Of a stretch of 64,000 bases of DNA, positions 27,735 through 37,602 are shown piece by piece; the first letter of the stretch is position 1; each line of letters begins with the position of its first letter. The notes under the pieces are model-generated. The model saw only the letters and a program-made list of their open reading frames with translations. It was not told the origin of the DNA and made no database searches. Source of the stretch: an uncultured Bacteroides sp. (GTDB lineage: Bacteria; Bacillota; Clostridia; Oscillospirales; Acutalibacteraceae); NCBI GenBank assembly GCA_964646445.1, contig CAZYDW010000005.1:1150-65149 (forward strand), in the 5' to 3' direction. Made by a program: the position numbers and the translations under genes.

Positions 27735-28646
27735 ATGGCAAGTACCTGTCCTAATTGCGGCAAAAAGCTGCATATTTGGAATATTAAGGCGGAATGTTCG
27801 CAATGCGGCGTTTCAATTCCGAATTACAACTGGCAAGAAAGACTTGAAGAAGATAACAAACGCGCTGAAAAGCAGTTTTCTGTTTTCTATAAGTCAATAA
27901 ACCGAATTGCATATTCAATATGGGGAACCAAGCTTCGTATAGCAAGACTTGTTCTTACATTTTTGCCTGCAATCGGCTTTATTCTGCCATGGGCTTCACT
28001 TGTAAGCGATGGTGAAAGCTTTGATTTGAGCATTATTTCTTTTTCAGGCAGTAAATCGCTTATTGATTTCTTTTCAAGCTTTTTCGGCAATATAGGATTA
28101 TATACCGAAAATATGGGATTTGAAAGCTATGGCGGTGCATTGACTCTTGCGGTTGCCGGATATCTGCTTTTCGTTTTAAGCGCTGCTTTTATCGTAATCG
28201 CCTTTTTCCTTAATATAATTATGTGTAAGTATCCGAAAACAAAATCAACAGTGGTTTTTGATATCCTTTCGATAGCCGCGTCTGTTGCATCGGTTGTTTG
28301 CTTTGTTACATCCGGTACATACGCTTCAAAGGTGACAGCCTTTAATTTCGGCGATTTTCCCGTAATTAACGGCAGCGCTTCAATTTCCTGGGGTTATTTT
28401 GCCGCAGTTGTTCTGCTGCTTGTTGCAACGGGGATTAATATTGCGGTTGTAAAAGCACCTGCCAAAAGCGACGAAACTCTTGAGAAGGAGCGTCTTGAGC
28501 GCAAAGCTGTTAAAGAAGAGGCGGAGCGCAAAAAGCAAATTGAACGCGAAAAGGCCCGTGCGGAAGCTGACAGGAAGGCTGCTGAGGAGCAGGCAAGAAT
28601 TGTTGAAGAGGCAAAGGCAAAGCTTGCCAAAAAGAATAAAAAATAA
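27735..28646 (+). CDS. hypothetical membrane protein with N-terminal Zn-ribbon and charged C-terminal tail
   Basis: CPNCG...CSQCG, about four TM segments, EK-rich helical tail. Confidence 0.75.
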   Translation: MASTCPNCGKKLHIWNIKAECSQCGVSIPNYNWQERLEEDNKRAEKQFSVFYKSINRIAYSIWGTKLRIARLVLTFLPAIGFILPWASLVSDGESFDLSIISFSGSKSLIDFFSSFFGNIGLYTENMGFESYGGALTLAVAGYLLFVLSAAFIVIAFFLNIIMCKYPKTKSTVVFDILSIAASVASVVCFVTSGTYASKVTAFNFGDFPVINGSASISWGYFAAVVLLLVATGINIAVVKAPAKSDETLEKERLERKAVKEEAERKKQIEREKARAEADRKAAEEQARIVEEAKAKLAKKNKK

Positions 28647-28665
28647 ATATATCCATATTATCAAT

Positions 28666-28695
28666 AAGCCTGCACCTCGGTGCAGGTTTAATTTT
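28666..28695 (+). terminator. intrinsic terminator
   Basis: AAGCCTGCACC/GGTGCAGGTTT stem followed by AATTTT. Confidence 0.6.
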
Positions 28696-28704
28696 ATATA
28701 TTGC

Positions 28705-28733
28705 TTGACCTTAAAACAGTCGTTTGATATAAT
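28705..28733 (+). promoter_or_regulatory. sigma-A promoter with extended -10
   Basis: TTGACC-17 nt-TATAAT, with TG. Confidence 0.75.
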
Positions 28734-28751
28734 GAAAAACGGAGTGATGAT

Positions 28752-29249
28752 ATGAAGCAGAAAAATAAAAAATCAAAAAAAGGTATTATTATTGCTGCGG
28801 CAGTTGCAGTTATTTTAATTATTGCGGCAACCGCAGCAGCCGTTAATTATGAAAGTATTGCCGTCAAGGTTACATATGCTTTAATGCCGAGTTCTCTTGA
28901 AACTGAGGTAAATGACAAAACAATCACTTTCTATAAAGAATTTAATAAAGATTATGATTTTGATAAAAACAGCGACCAGCCGCTGACAGCATTTAATTTT
29001 TATTATTATGACGAAAACGGCGAAAAGGTTACTCTTGACGGAATGGATAATTATGTTGACGGAGATGAAACCGTTATGCCTTCGCTTGGTTTTATCCTTA
29101 AAGCAAAAGAAAACTCAAATATTATTAAGAATGTAATATCAAAAATTATGATTGTCGCAGTTATTGTGATTATTGTGCTTTTAATATATCTTTGGTATCG
29201 CTCGTGGTCAAAGCGTGAGGACGCCAAAAAGGCAAAATATTATAAGTAA
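28752..29249 (+). CDS. hypothetical two-TM membrane protein
   Basis: GGAGTG SD; N- and C-terminal TM helices flanking an acidic loop. Confidence 0.7.
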   Translation: MKQKNKKSKKGIIIAAAVAVILIIAATAAAVNYESIAVKVTYALMPSSLETEVNDKTITFYKEFNKDYDFDKNSDQPLTAFNFYYYDENGEKVTLDGMDNYVDGDETVMPSLGFILKAKENSNIIKNVISKIMIVAVIVIIVLLIYLWYRSWSKREDAKKAKYYK

Positions 29250-29255
29250 ACAAAT

Positions 29256-29304
29256 GATGTCCCCCGACGCCTAAGAGGCGGGGGACATCGGCGAATAGGT
29301 TATA
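29256..29304. repeat. REP-like palindromic element, copy A
   Basis: GATGTCCCC-CGA-CGCC-TAAGA-GGCG-GGGGACATC hairpin plus tail; inverted near-copy at 49011-49059. Confidence 0.75.
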
Positions 29305-29316
29305 TTGTGAGGTACT

Positions 29317-31389
29317 ATGGAATATAATATGCTTTTCAGTCCTATGAAAATCGGTAATGTTCAGATTAAAAACCGGGTTGTTATGTCGCCGATGTGCTTT
29401 GGATTTGGCCGGTATAACGGTTGTGCAACTGATAAAATGATGAATTATTATGAAGAAAGAGCGAAGGGCGGCGTGGGCCTTATTATTACAGAGATAACCC
29501 GGATTAATGATATAACGGGTGCTTCGTCGTACGGTCAGCTCGGCATAAGTCATGATTATCAGATTGAATCTTTAAGCGAATTAGCCGCAAGGGTGCATAA
29601 GCACGATTGTAAAATTATGGTGCAGCTTCACCACCCGGGCAGGCAGAATCTCGGTCTTATGATAGGTACTGTTCCGCTTTGTATTGCAGGCGATAAGCTT
29701 ATGGGCAGTCTTTATACAAAGATACTCACTAAGGCAGTTATACCGCCGGGTAAAAAGCTTCAGGATAAGGATATCGTGCCGCGTGTTGCCGCACCGAGCA
29801 AATGTGAAAAAAGCAAGCTTAGTGAAAGTGCAAACAAGGAGCTTTCAAAAAAAGCGATAAAAAAACTTATCAGCCAGTTTGTTGACGGTGCAGTAAGAGT
29901 TAAAAAAGCTGGCTGTGACGGCGTTGAATTACATGCTGCACACGGTTATTTGATTCAGCAGTTTCTCTCCCCGAACACAAATAAACGAAATGATGAATAC
30001 GGCGGTTCGCTTGAATGCAGAATGAGATTTCTGCTCGAAATTATTGACGGTATACGCGAAAGCTGCGGAAGTGATTTTCCTATTGTAGTAAGGCTTACGG
30101 TTGATGAAATGTATGAAAAAACAGGACAGCCCGGCAAAGGCTACAATCTTCGAGAAGGTGTTGAGATGGCTAAAATACTCAGCGATAAGGGTATAGATGC
30201 CATTGATGTATCATCAGCTTCATATGATACCTTTAATTATTGGCTCGAGCCTACAACCTTTGAATGCGGCTGGAGGAAAAATCTTGCTGAGGAGGTTAAG
30301 AAGGCTGTTGACATTCCCGTTATCGCAGCCAATCTGATTCGTTCTCCCAAACAGGCAGAACAGCAGCTTGAGGATGGAATTCAGGATTTCATTTCTCTCG
30401 GCAGACCGCTTGTTGCCGATCCCGGCTGGGTTAATAAGGTCAGGGAAGGCAAAGAAGTGCTTATAAAACGCTGTATGTGTTGCTTGTACTGCTTTGAAAG
30501 TATGATGAATAACGCATATAAATATTCCCACGGAAAGTGTTCTGTCAACCCTTTCCTCGGCAGAGAGGGTCAATCGCTTAACAAAAACGGCGGCGGCAGA
30601 AAGGTGGTTATTGCAGGCGCCGGGTGCGCCGGCTTAACAGCTGCGGAGCTTCTGAAGAAACGCGGCTTTGATGTTACGGTATATGAAAAAGAAAGCAGTG
30701 CAGGCGGTCAGCTTAATCTTGCTGATAAGCCCCCTCATAAGGATAAAATGAGCTGGGTGTGCGCCGACCTATATGAAAATGTTAAATATCTCGGTGTTGA
30801 TGTAAAATTTGATACAAGGGTTACAAAAGAACTTTTGAATAATATTAAACCTGATATCGTTATAAACGCAACAGGCGCCGATGCTGTTTTTCCGCAGGCG
30901 TTTAAAAATAAAAATGTATGCACTGTCACTGATATACTTGACGGCAGCGTTGTACTTGAAAATAAAAATGTTGCCGTAATCGGTTCGGGAATGACGGGGC
31001 TTGAAACAAGCGAGCTTCTTGTTGAAAACAACAATAAGGTTACTGTTATTGAAATGGCAGATGAAATTGCTCCCGGAACTTGGTTTCAGCATACCGACGA
31101 TGCATTGCCGAGGCTCAAAAAACACAGTGTGAAATTTCTTACATCTCATAAGCTTGTCAGCACAAACGGCGACAGCGTTACACTGCTTAATTTAAGCGAA
31201 AATAAAGAATATAAGCTAAGCTGTGATTATGTTGTTTTATCACTCGGAGCTAAGCCTGACAAATCTCTTTATAACGAAATTAAAGCTTCAACAAGCTATA
31301 AAGTATATAATATTGGCGACAGTAATCAAATCGGCAGAATTGCAAACGCTACCGAGTCAGCTTATCTTCTTGCCGAAAATCTACAGTGA
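29317..31389 (+). CDS. NADH:flavin oxidoreductase (OYE TIM barrel + Fe-S + FAD/NAD domains)
   Basis: IKNRVVMSPM, QLHHPGRQ, ELHAAHGYLIQQFLSP, CMCCLYC...CSVNP, GAGCAGL, GSGMTGLE. Confidence 0.9.
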   Translation: MEYNMLFSPMKIGNVQIKNRVVMSPMCFGFGRYNGCATDKMMNYYEERAKGGVGLIITEITRINDITGASSYGQLGISHDYQIESLSELAARVHKHDCKIMVQLHHPGRQNLGLMIGTVPLCIAGDKLMGSLYTKILTKAVIPPGKKLQDKDIVPRVAAPSKCEKSKLSESANKELSKKAIKKLISQFVDGAVRVKKAGCDGVELHAAHGYLIQQFLSPNTNKRNDEYGGSLECRMRFLLEIIDGIRESCGSDFPIVVRLTVDEMYEKTGQPGKGYNLREGVEMAKILSDKGIDAIDVSSASYDTFNYWLEPTTFECGWRKNLAEEVKKAVDIPVIAANLIRSPKQAEQQLEDGIQDFISLGRPLVADPGWVNKVREGKEVLIKRCMCCLYCFESMMNNAYKYSHGKCSVNPFLGREGQSLNKNGGGRKVVIAGAGCAGLTAAELLKKRGFDVTVYEKESSAGGQLNLADKPPHKDKMSWVCADLYENVKYLGVDVKFDTRVTKELLNNIKPDIVINATGADAVFPQAFKNKNVCTVTDILDGSVVLENKNVAVIGSGMTGLETSELLVENNNKVTVIEMADEIAPGTWFQHTDDALPRLKKHSVKFLTSHKLVSTNGDSVTLLNLSENKEYKLSCDYVVLSLGAKPDKSLYNEIKASTSYKVYNIGDSNQIGRIANATESAYLLAENLQ

Positions 31390-31397
31390 GGTAACAT

Positions 31398-32381
31398 ATG
31401 TTTTCCGCAAAGGAGCATTTTAGACAAAAATTAATTCAAATTAATAATAAAATCAGCAATGAGCTTGACTTTGATTTCAGTGCGGTCAGTCATTATATAG
31501 ATACATACAGTGATTTTGAAAATTTGATTTTAAACCCTTCAATAAGCGAAAAGCAGCTGTTTTACAGAGGCGAAAGAATCAACGACCCTCAAAGAAGATT
31601 GCTGCCTACAATGCTCAGAAATCCAAAAAATTCAGCTGATAAAGCCGATATGGGTATTGTACATATCACAGGTGAATATATACTTGATTACTATAAGTCC
31701 CTCGGCAGTTTTGTAGATGTTTTCAGCAAAACCATGGGCAGGGCGGATATTGACAATCTGTATGAAATATGTGCGTTTGCACAGCATTATTATGATTTTT
31801 CACCTCTGATTGATTTTTCAAAAAGCATTTATCCTGCACTTTCATTTGCCATTAAAGACAGGGATATTTTTAATGATGATATAATTTTATTTGTTCTTGA
31901 ACTGAAAAATAAAAATGATTATACAAATGATATTAAAACTGCCGATAAATGGATTAAAGAGCTTGATATTTATGCCGGCTGCTTTGACGAAAATGCTGTT
32001 AAAGCAGCTGTCAGAGATGTTCTGTCAAACAAGCACAGCTTTAATATAACCGAGGATTTTGTTTGGCATCTTAACAGGCTTAATTCAACGCCAAATCCTA
32101 AGGCAAAGCTTATTGATGTTCCTACAAACACAAGAATGAAATTTCAGCAGGGGGTATTTTTACTGCTTACCGATTTTCATTTATTCAACGTAAAATATTT
32201 CACAAAGAGTATCCGTGATGATTTTATAATAACAAAATACATTATTAACAAGGATATTTGCCCGCAGATTAAAGCATTGCTTAATTCGCAAACGCCGTGG
32301 TATTCATACAGATATCTGACTGATATTGAAGGTGCATTCAAGGCTGCAATAAATAATCAAAAAAATGCAGATAACATTTAG
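31398..32381 (+). CDS. FRG-domain protein
   Basis: LFYRGE...LLPTMLR and AQHYYDFSPLIDFS...ALSFA resemble the FRG consensus. Confidence 0.7.
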   Translation: MFSAKEHFRQKLIQINNKISNELDFDFSAVSHYIDTYSDFENLILNPSISEKQLFYRGERINDPQRRLLPTMLRNPKNSADKADMGIVHITGEYILDYYKSLGSFVDVFSKTMGRADIDNLYEICAFAQHYYDFSPLIDFSKSIYPALSFAIKDRDIFNDDIILFVLELKNKNDYTNDIKTADKWIKELDIYAGCFDENAVKAAVRDVLSNKHSFNITEDFVWHLNRLNSTPNPKAKLIDVPTNTRMKFQQGVFLLLTDFHLFNVKYFTKSIRDDFIITKYIINKDICPQIKALLNSQTPWYSYRYLTDIEGAFKAAINNQKNADNI

Positions 32382-32396
32382 ATATCTGCATTTTTT
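32360..32396. terminator. bidirectional terminator
   Basis: Perfect 14-bp stem AAAAAATGCAGATA/TATCTGCATTTTTT between convergent genes. Confidence 0.75.
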
Positions 32397-32406
32397 ATTT
32401 GCGCTG

Positions 32407-34518
32407 TTATTTGAATTTTCTTAATCTCAACGCATTCATAACAACCGTTACCGAGCTTAAACTCATACAAGCCGCTGCAATCATAGGGTTAAGCGTCCAT
32501 CCGAGCAGACCGTAAAAGCAGCCTGCCGCAAGCGGTATTCCGAGGCAGTTATAAAAGAATGCCCAAAACAGATTTTCCCTGATGTTTTTAAGCGTTTTTC
32601 GTGACAGTCTTATTGCCTTGGAAACATCGCTCAACCTGTCGGAAACCAGCACAACATCCGCACTTTCTATGGCGATATCTGAGCCTGCTCCGATTGCAAT
32701 TCCGACATCTGCTCTTGTAAGGGCAGGGGAATCGTTTATTCCGTCGCCTATCATTGCAACGGTTTTTCCGCTGTCAATAAGCTCCCTGATTTTTCTCTCC
32801 TTATCATCCGGCAAAGCTGAAGCAATAAATTTTTTTATCCCAAGCTGTTGAGTTATTGCATAGGCAGTCAGCTCATTGTCACCCGTAATCATTATTGTAT
32901 CTGCGTTAATGCTTTCTATTGCTTCCTTTGCATCGTCCTTAATTACATCGGCTACTGCAACCGTACAGATATATTCGTCATCACATGTGAAAATTATCGG
33001 CGTTTTGCCGCTGAAGGAATATTCATTATCTGCAATACCGGTCAGCTTCTCGTTGCCCGCTTTATAGATTTTTCCGTTAATTTTTGCAGTAATTCCCTTG
33101 CCTATGATGTATTCAATTTCTTCAGTATCAATAAGCTTTGCACCGCTATTTCGGCAGTAATCACATATCGCTTTTGAAATGGGATGCTCGCTTATGTTTT
33201 CAAGTGAATAAATTATATTGATATATTCGGGATTTGTAATATCTGTTACAAACATATCGCCCTTGGTTACCGTGCCTGTTTTATCAAAGACGATTGTGTT
33301 GCATTTGCCGAGATTTTCAAGTGCAGTTGCGTCTTTAAAAAGTATTCCGTTTTCTGCACCCTTTCCCGTGCTTATCATTATTGCACAGGGCGTAGCAAGA
33401 CCAAGTGCACAGGGACAGCTGATTACGAGCACTGAAATGCCGATTGAAAATGCAAACTCAAAGCCTTTGCCGATAATCATCCATACCGTAAAAGCGATTA
33501 TTGCAATTATAATTACAACAGGTACGAAAATTGAGGCAATTTTATCGGCAAGTCGCTGTGCCGGAGCCTTTGAGGATGAGGCGTCCTCAACGAGTGATAT
33601 AATTCTTGCCATCGTTGAATCCTCGCCGACCTGAGTAGCTCTGAAAATAAAATTACCGTTTTTGTTTACTGTTGCGCTTATTACCTTATCGCCCTTGCCT
33701 AAATCAACAGGCACGCTTTCGCCCGTGACGGCGCTTTGGTCAATGGAACCGCTGCCTTCGGTAATTATTCCGTCAACTGCAATTCGCATTCCGGGCTTAA
33801 TAACAACAAGGTCATTTTTTTCGATAAGTGAACTCTCAATTTCGGTTTCAATACCATCTTTAAGAATAATGCTTTTTTCAGGCACTAAATCTATAAGAGA
33901 GTTTACGGCGTCTTTGGTTTTGCCCTTGCTCAATGTTTCCAAAAATTTACCGAGCGTTATCAGTGCAAGTATCATACCGGCGGATTCAAAATAAAGATGA
34001 GCACTTTTGAAAAATATCAATGAAATCATACTGTATATAAAAGATGCACCCGAGCCTACCGCAACAAGGCTGTCCATATTCGGGTTAAGCTTTATCAGTG
34101 CATTAAAGCCGCTTGTAAAAAATTTACGATTAATAATGATAATCGGAATTGTAAATATCATCTGACAAATACCGTTTGGTATGTGCTCACCGAGTATCCA
34201 AGGCAGGCTGTAGCCGAGCATGTGTGACATTGAAAAATACATAAGCGGTATAAGAAGAATTAAAGAAGAAATCATCCTTTTTTTCATTGAGCTGATTTCC
34301 TTTGAATCTTTTTCCTTCTTTCTGACAAAAAGCTCACAGCCGTAGCCTGCGCTTTTTACCGCGTTAATAATCTCCTGCACAGAGCAGTCAAAATCAGCAG
34401 TCATTGTTCCTGCAAGCAGATTGACACTTACTTCTTTTGAAAGCGGTGCGACAGCCTTTTCAACTCTTGCAGAGCATGCGGCACAGCTCATACCTGTTAC
34501 TAAAAATTTTTGTTGCAT
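32407..34518 (-). CDS. copA: Cu(I)-translocating P1B-1 ATPase
   Basis: GMSCAAC HMA domain, TGES, CPC, DKTGT, HP, GDGIND, FFYN, MSLSS. Confidence 0.92.
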   Translation of the reverse strand: MQQKFLVTGMSCAACSARVEKAVAPLSKEVSVNLLAGTMTADFDCSVQEIINAVKSAGYGCELFVRKKEKDSKEISSMKKRMISSLILLIPLMYFSMSHMLGYSLPWILGEHIPNGICQMIFTIPIIIINRKFFTSGFNALIKLNPNMDSLVAVGSGASFIYSMISLIFFKSAHLYFESAGMILALITLGKFLETLSKGKTKDAVNSLIDLVPEKSIILKDGIETEIESSLIEKNDLVVIKPGMRIAVDGIITEGSGSIDQSAVTGESVPVDLGKGDKVISATVNKNGNFIFRATQVGEDSTMARIISLVEDASSSKAPAQRLADKIASIFVPVVIIIAIIAFTVWMIIGKGFEFAFSIGISVLVISCPCALGLATPCAIMISTGKGAENGILFKDATALENLGKCNTIVFDKTGTVTKGDMFVTDITNPEYINIIYSLENISEHPISKAICDYCRNSGAKLIDTEEIEYIIGKGITAKINGKIYKAGNEKLTGIADNEYSFSGKTPIIFTCDDEYICTVAVADVIKDDAKEAIESINADTIMITGDNELTAYAITQQLGIKKFIASALPDDKERKIRELIDSGKTVAMIGDGINDSPALTRADVGIAIGAGSDIAIESADVVLVSDRLSDVSKAIRLSRKTLKNIRENLFWAFFYNCLGIPLAAGCFYGLLGWTLNPMIAAACMSLSSVTVVMNALRLRKFK

Positions 34519-34531
34519 TGCATCCTCCGTG

Positions 34532-35602
34532 TTACAGTATAATAAGTTTTTTTGTTATATTAGATAAATTTTCCCTGCCGTGATGGGATAAGTAAAGTAA
34601 ATCTTCAATTCTTATTCCGAATTTATCGGGTATATAAATTCCGGGTTCGATTGATGTTACATTGCCGTATTCATAAACATCCTTGCTGTTAGGTGATGCA
34701 TTATATCCCTCGTGTATTTCAAGCCCTACTCCGTGGCCGAGGCTGTGCTTAAAATATTTTGCCATATTCTTTTTATCAAGAACATCTTTTGCAGCCTTAT
34801 AAACATCGGCGCACCTGACGCCTTCATTAAATGCGCTTATACCTGCAAGCTGTGCGTCAAGAACCAATTTATACATTTGCTGCATTTCGTCCGTCGCATA
34901 TCCCACAGCTGCTGTTCTTGTCATATCGGAATGGTAACCGTGCTTTGTTGCACCGAAGTCAAATAAAACAAAATCTCCTTCCTTGATTTTTATGTCATCA
35001 GGTGTACCGTGTGGCATTGAGGTGTGAGTGCCGGTCAATAAAATTGTATCAAAGCTTACGCCGTCAGAGCCGTTTTTTGCCATTAAATAATCAAAATGAG
35101 CAGCAAGCTCCTTTTCGGTTTTCCCGACTTTTACATAATTAAGCAGCTCGATAAACGATTTTTCCGCAATCCGGTTTGCTTCTTTTATAAGCTTAATTTC
35201 ATTTAAGTCCTTAATGTTTCTTATCAGCATAAGCTTATTATCAAGTCTTATAAATTCTATATCGCAAAGCTCTTTTTTATATTTCTCATATTTAGAAAAT
35301 GATATTGTTTCGTTTTCAAATAAAATGCTTTTAATATTATGAATTTTGCACAGCTCTTTAATTTCTGAACAAAAGTCTTTTCTTATTTCAATTACTTTTA
35401 AGCCTGTATGGCGGGAATGATTGATTGCCGTTTCTGTATATCGGCTGTCAACAATATGATAACCTATATGATTGCTTGTCATAAAAACAGCACCCTCGCT
35501 CGGCGAAAAACCGCATACATAATGCATATTGCTTTCGTTAAATAATAGCAATGCATCTGCATTATTTTCCTTAATCATATTATATACATTTTCAGCGTGC
35601 AT
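34532..35602 (-). CDS. Xaa-Pro aminopeptidase (M24B)
   Basis: HGTP, DFGA, SDMTRT, HSLGHGVG, SIEPGIY, GIRIED; start is 35602 or 35626. Confidence 0.9.
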   Translation of the reverse strand: MHAENVYNMIKENNADALLLFNESNMHYVCGFSPSEGAVFMTSNHIGYHIVDSRYTETAINHSRHTGLKVIEIRKDFCSEIKELCKIHNIKSILFENETISFSKYEKYKKELCDIEFIRLDNKLMLIRNIKDLNEIKLIKEANRIAEKSFIELLNYVKVGKTEKELAAHFDYLMAKNGSDGVSFDTILLTGTHTSMPHGTPDDIKIKEGDFVLFDFGATKHGYHSDMTRTAAVGYATDEMQQMYKLVLDAQLAGISAFNEGVRCADVYKAAKDVLDKKNMAKYFKHSLGHGVGLEIHEGYNASPNSKDVYEYGNVTSIEPGIYIPDKFGIRIEDLLYLSHHGRENLSNITKKLIIL

Positions 35603-35851
35603 ATCTTTGTACCTAATTCCTATCAAAATTATAGGAATATTATATCAATGTTATAAATAAATGTCAACACTATTATAAGTAGTTTATTGACTTTTATTTT
35701 GTCTTGTGTTAATGTAAACTTAATGATTTTGTTTGCTGTGCGCAAACACGGGCATATTGCTTTATGCCGGGTATTTTCAAGTATTTTAACGAAGGAAGCA
35801 GGCAAATATTACACTGAAGTCTTTTTTCGGATTATTTGCCGGTGTTTGATT

Positions 35852-37336
35852 ATGGAAAAGTATCTTATCAACCCCAATCAAAAAATCAGCAAAATAAACA
35901 AGGATATTTACGGCCATTTTGCCGAGCACTTAGGCAGATGTATATACGAGGGGATTTTTGTCGGAAAAGATTCAAAAATACCTAATATTAACGGTATGAG
36001 ATGCGATGTTGTAAACGCGCTTAAAGAAATAAAAGTACCCGTATTAAGGTGGCCCGGCGGCTGTTTTGCAGATGAATATAACTGGAAAGACGGTATAGGT
36101 CCTCTCAAGGACAGGAAAAAAATGATTAACACTCATTGGGGCGGTGTTGTTGAAGATAACTCATTCGCAACGCACGAGTATTTTGAGCTTTGCAGGCAGC
36201 TCGGCTGTGACACATATATAAACGGTAATGTCGGCTCGGGTACTGTTTCTCAAATGAATGAATGGGTTGAATATATGACCTTCGGCGGCGTTTCGCCAAT
36301 GGCTGAGCTGCGCCGTAAAAACGGTCAGGATAAGCCGTGGAAAATTAAATATTTCGGTGTAGGCAATGAATCATGGGGCTGCGGCGGAAATATGGACCCC
36401 GAATATTACGGCTGCCTTTACAAAAGATATAATACATATGTCAGAAACTATGACTCAAATAATAAAATTACAAGAATTGCATGCGGACCGAATGCCGATG
36501 ACTATCGCTGGACCCGTGAGGTTATGGATAAGGTTAAGCATCAGGCACAGGGAATATCGCTTCACTACTATACCTTGCCAAACGACAGTTGGGAAAACAA
36601 AGGCTCTGCAACGGATTTTTCGGTTAAGGATTACTACAGAACAATTATAAAAGCCTATAAGATTGATGAACTGATTAATAATCACCTTGCCGTTATGGAT
36701 TGCGTTAATCCTCAAAAAAGCGTTAAGCTTGTTATTGATGAATGGGGTACTTGGTATGATGTTGAGCCCGGCACAAACCCCGGATTTTTATATCAGCAAA
36801 ACACAATGCGTGACGCTGTTGTTGCCGCACTTACACTCAACATTTTCAATAAGCACAGCGACAGAATAATGATGGCAAATATTGCGCAAACAGTAAATGT
36901 GCTTCAGGCAATGGTTTTAACCGATGCCGAAAAAATGGTGCTCACACCTACATATTATGTTTTTAAAATGTTTAAGGAGCATCAGAATAATACACTGCTC
37001 GGTTCATTTATAACAACCGATACCGTTGAAGACAGCGATATTAAACGCACCTGCCCTCAGCTTATCGAATCTGCGTCTGTTGATGAGAACGGAGTTATTT
37101 ATTCCACGATTGTAAATGTTTCGGCAAAAAAGGCAAAAAAGGTTAAATGCCAAATTGCCGACACTAAGGTTAAAGAAATTAAAGCACAAATACTTAACGG
37201 TGAAATACACGATAAAAATGATTTTGACTGCGACGATAAAGTGAAAATTCGCGAGTTTGCCAATTTCAAAAAGCACAGTGACGGTTTTACGGCTGATATC
37301 CCACCGTGCAGTGTTGTAAAATTTGTAATAGAATAA
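35852..37336 (+). CDS. abfA: alpha-L-arabinofuranosidase (GH51)
   Basis: [55 protein letters not shown]; start set at ATG 35852. Confidence 0.93.
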   Translation: MEKYLINPNQKISKINKDIYGHFAEHLGRCIYEGIFVGKDSKIPNINGMRCDVVNALKEIKVPVLRWPGGCFADEYNWKDGIGPLKDRKKMINTHWGGVVEDNSFATHEYFELCRQLGCDTYINGNVGSGTVSQMNEWVEYMTFGGVSPMAELRRKNGQDKPWKIKYFGVGNESWGCGGNMDPEYYGCLYKRYNTYVRNYDSNNKITRIACGPNADDYRWTREVMDKVKHQAQGISLHYYTLPNDSWENKGSATDFSVKDYYRTIIKAYKIDELINNHLAVMDCVNPQKSVKLVIDEWGTWYDVEPGTNPGFLYQQNTMRDAVVAALTLNIFNKHSDRIMMANIAQTVNVLQAMVLTDAEKMVLTPTYYVFKMFKEHQNNTLLGSFITTDTVEDSDIKRTCPQLIESASVDENGVIYSTIVNVSAKKAKKVKCQIADTKVKEIKAQILNGEIHDKNDFDCDDKVKIREFANFKKHSDGFTADIPPCSVVKFVIE

Positions 37337-37590
37337 TGAATCATATGTGCAGAAAATGCCTTTTGCTTGAGGCGGGAGAAAGAAAATCTTATAATACAAT
37401 ATCGGATTTTCTTGAAACTGTTGATGATAAATTAAAGGTATGCGATAAAATATTTTTCCAACGAATTGAAAAGTGCAGAGAATGTGATAATCTTATTTCC
37501 GGTATGTGCCTGAAATGCGGATGCTATGTTGAATTGAGGGCACGCCTTAAAAATAAAAGCTGTGCCGATTATGACAATATAAAATGGTAA
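37336..37590 (+). CDS. small Cys-rich protein (DUF6171-like)
   Basis: TAATG overlap with the abfA stop; CRKC, CREC, CLKCGC, C motifs. Confidence 0.7.
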   Translation: MNHMCRKCLLLEAGERKSYNTISDFLETVDDKLKVCDKIFFQRIEKCRECDNLISGMCLKCGCYVELRARLKNKSCADYDNIKW

Positions 37591-37602
37591 GGATGTGAAA
37601 TC

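Noticed and set aside
35791-35801. GAAGGAAGCAG, resembling the SRP RNA helix-8 motif
   Set aside because: The required upstream CAGG-NNC strand is absent (TTTTAAC instead), so the SRP helix cannot form.
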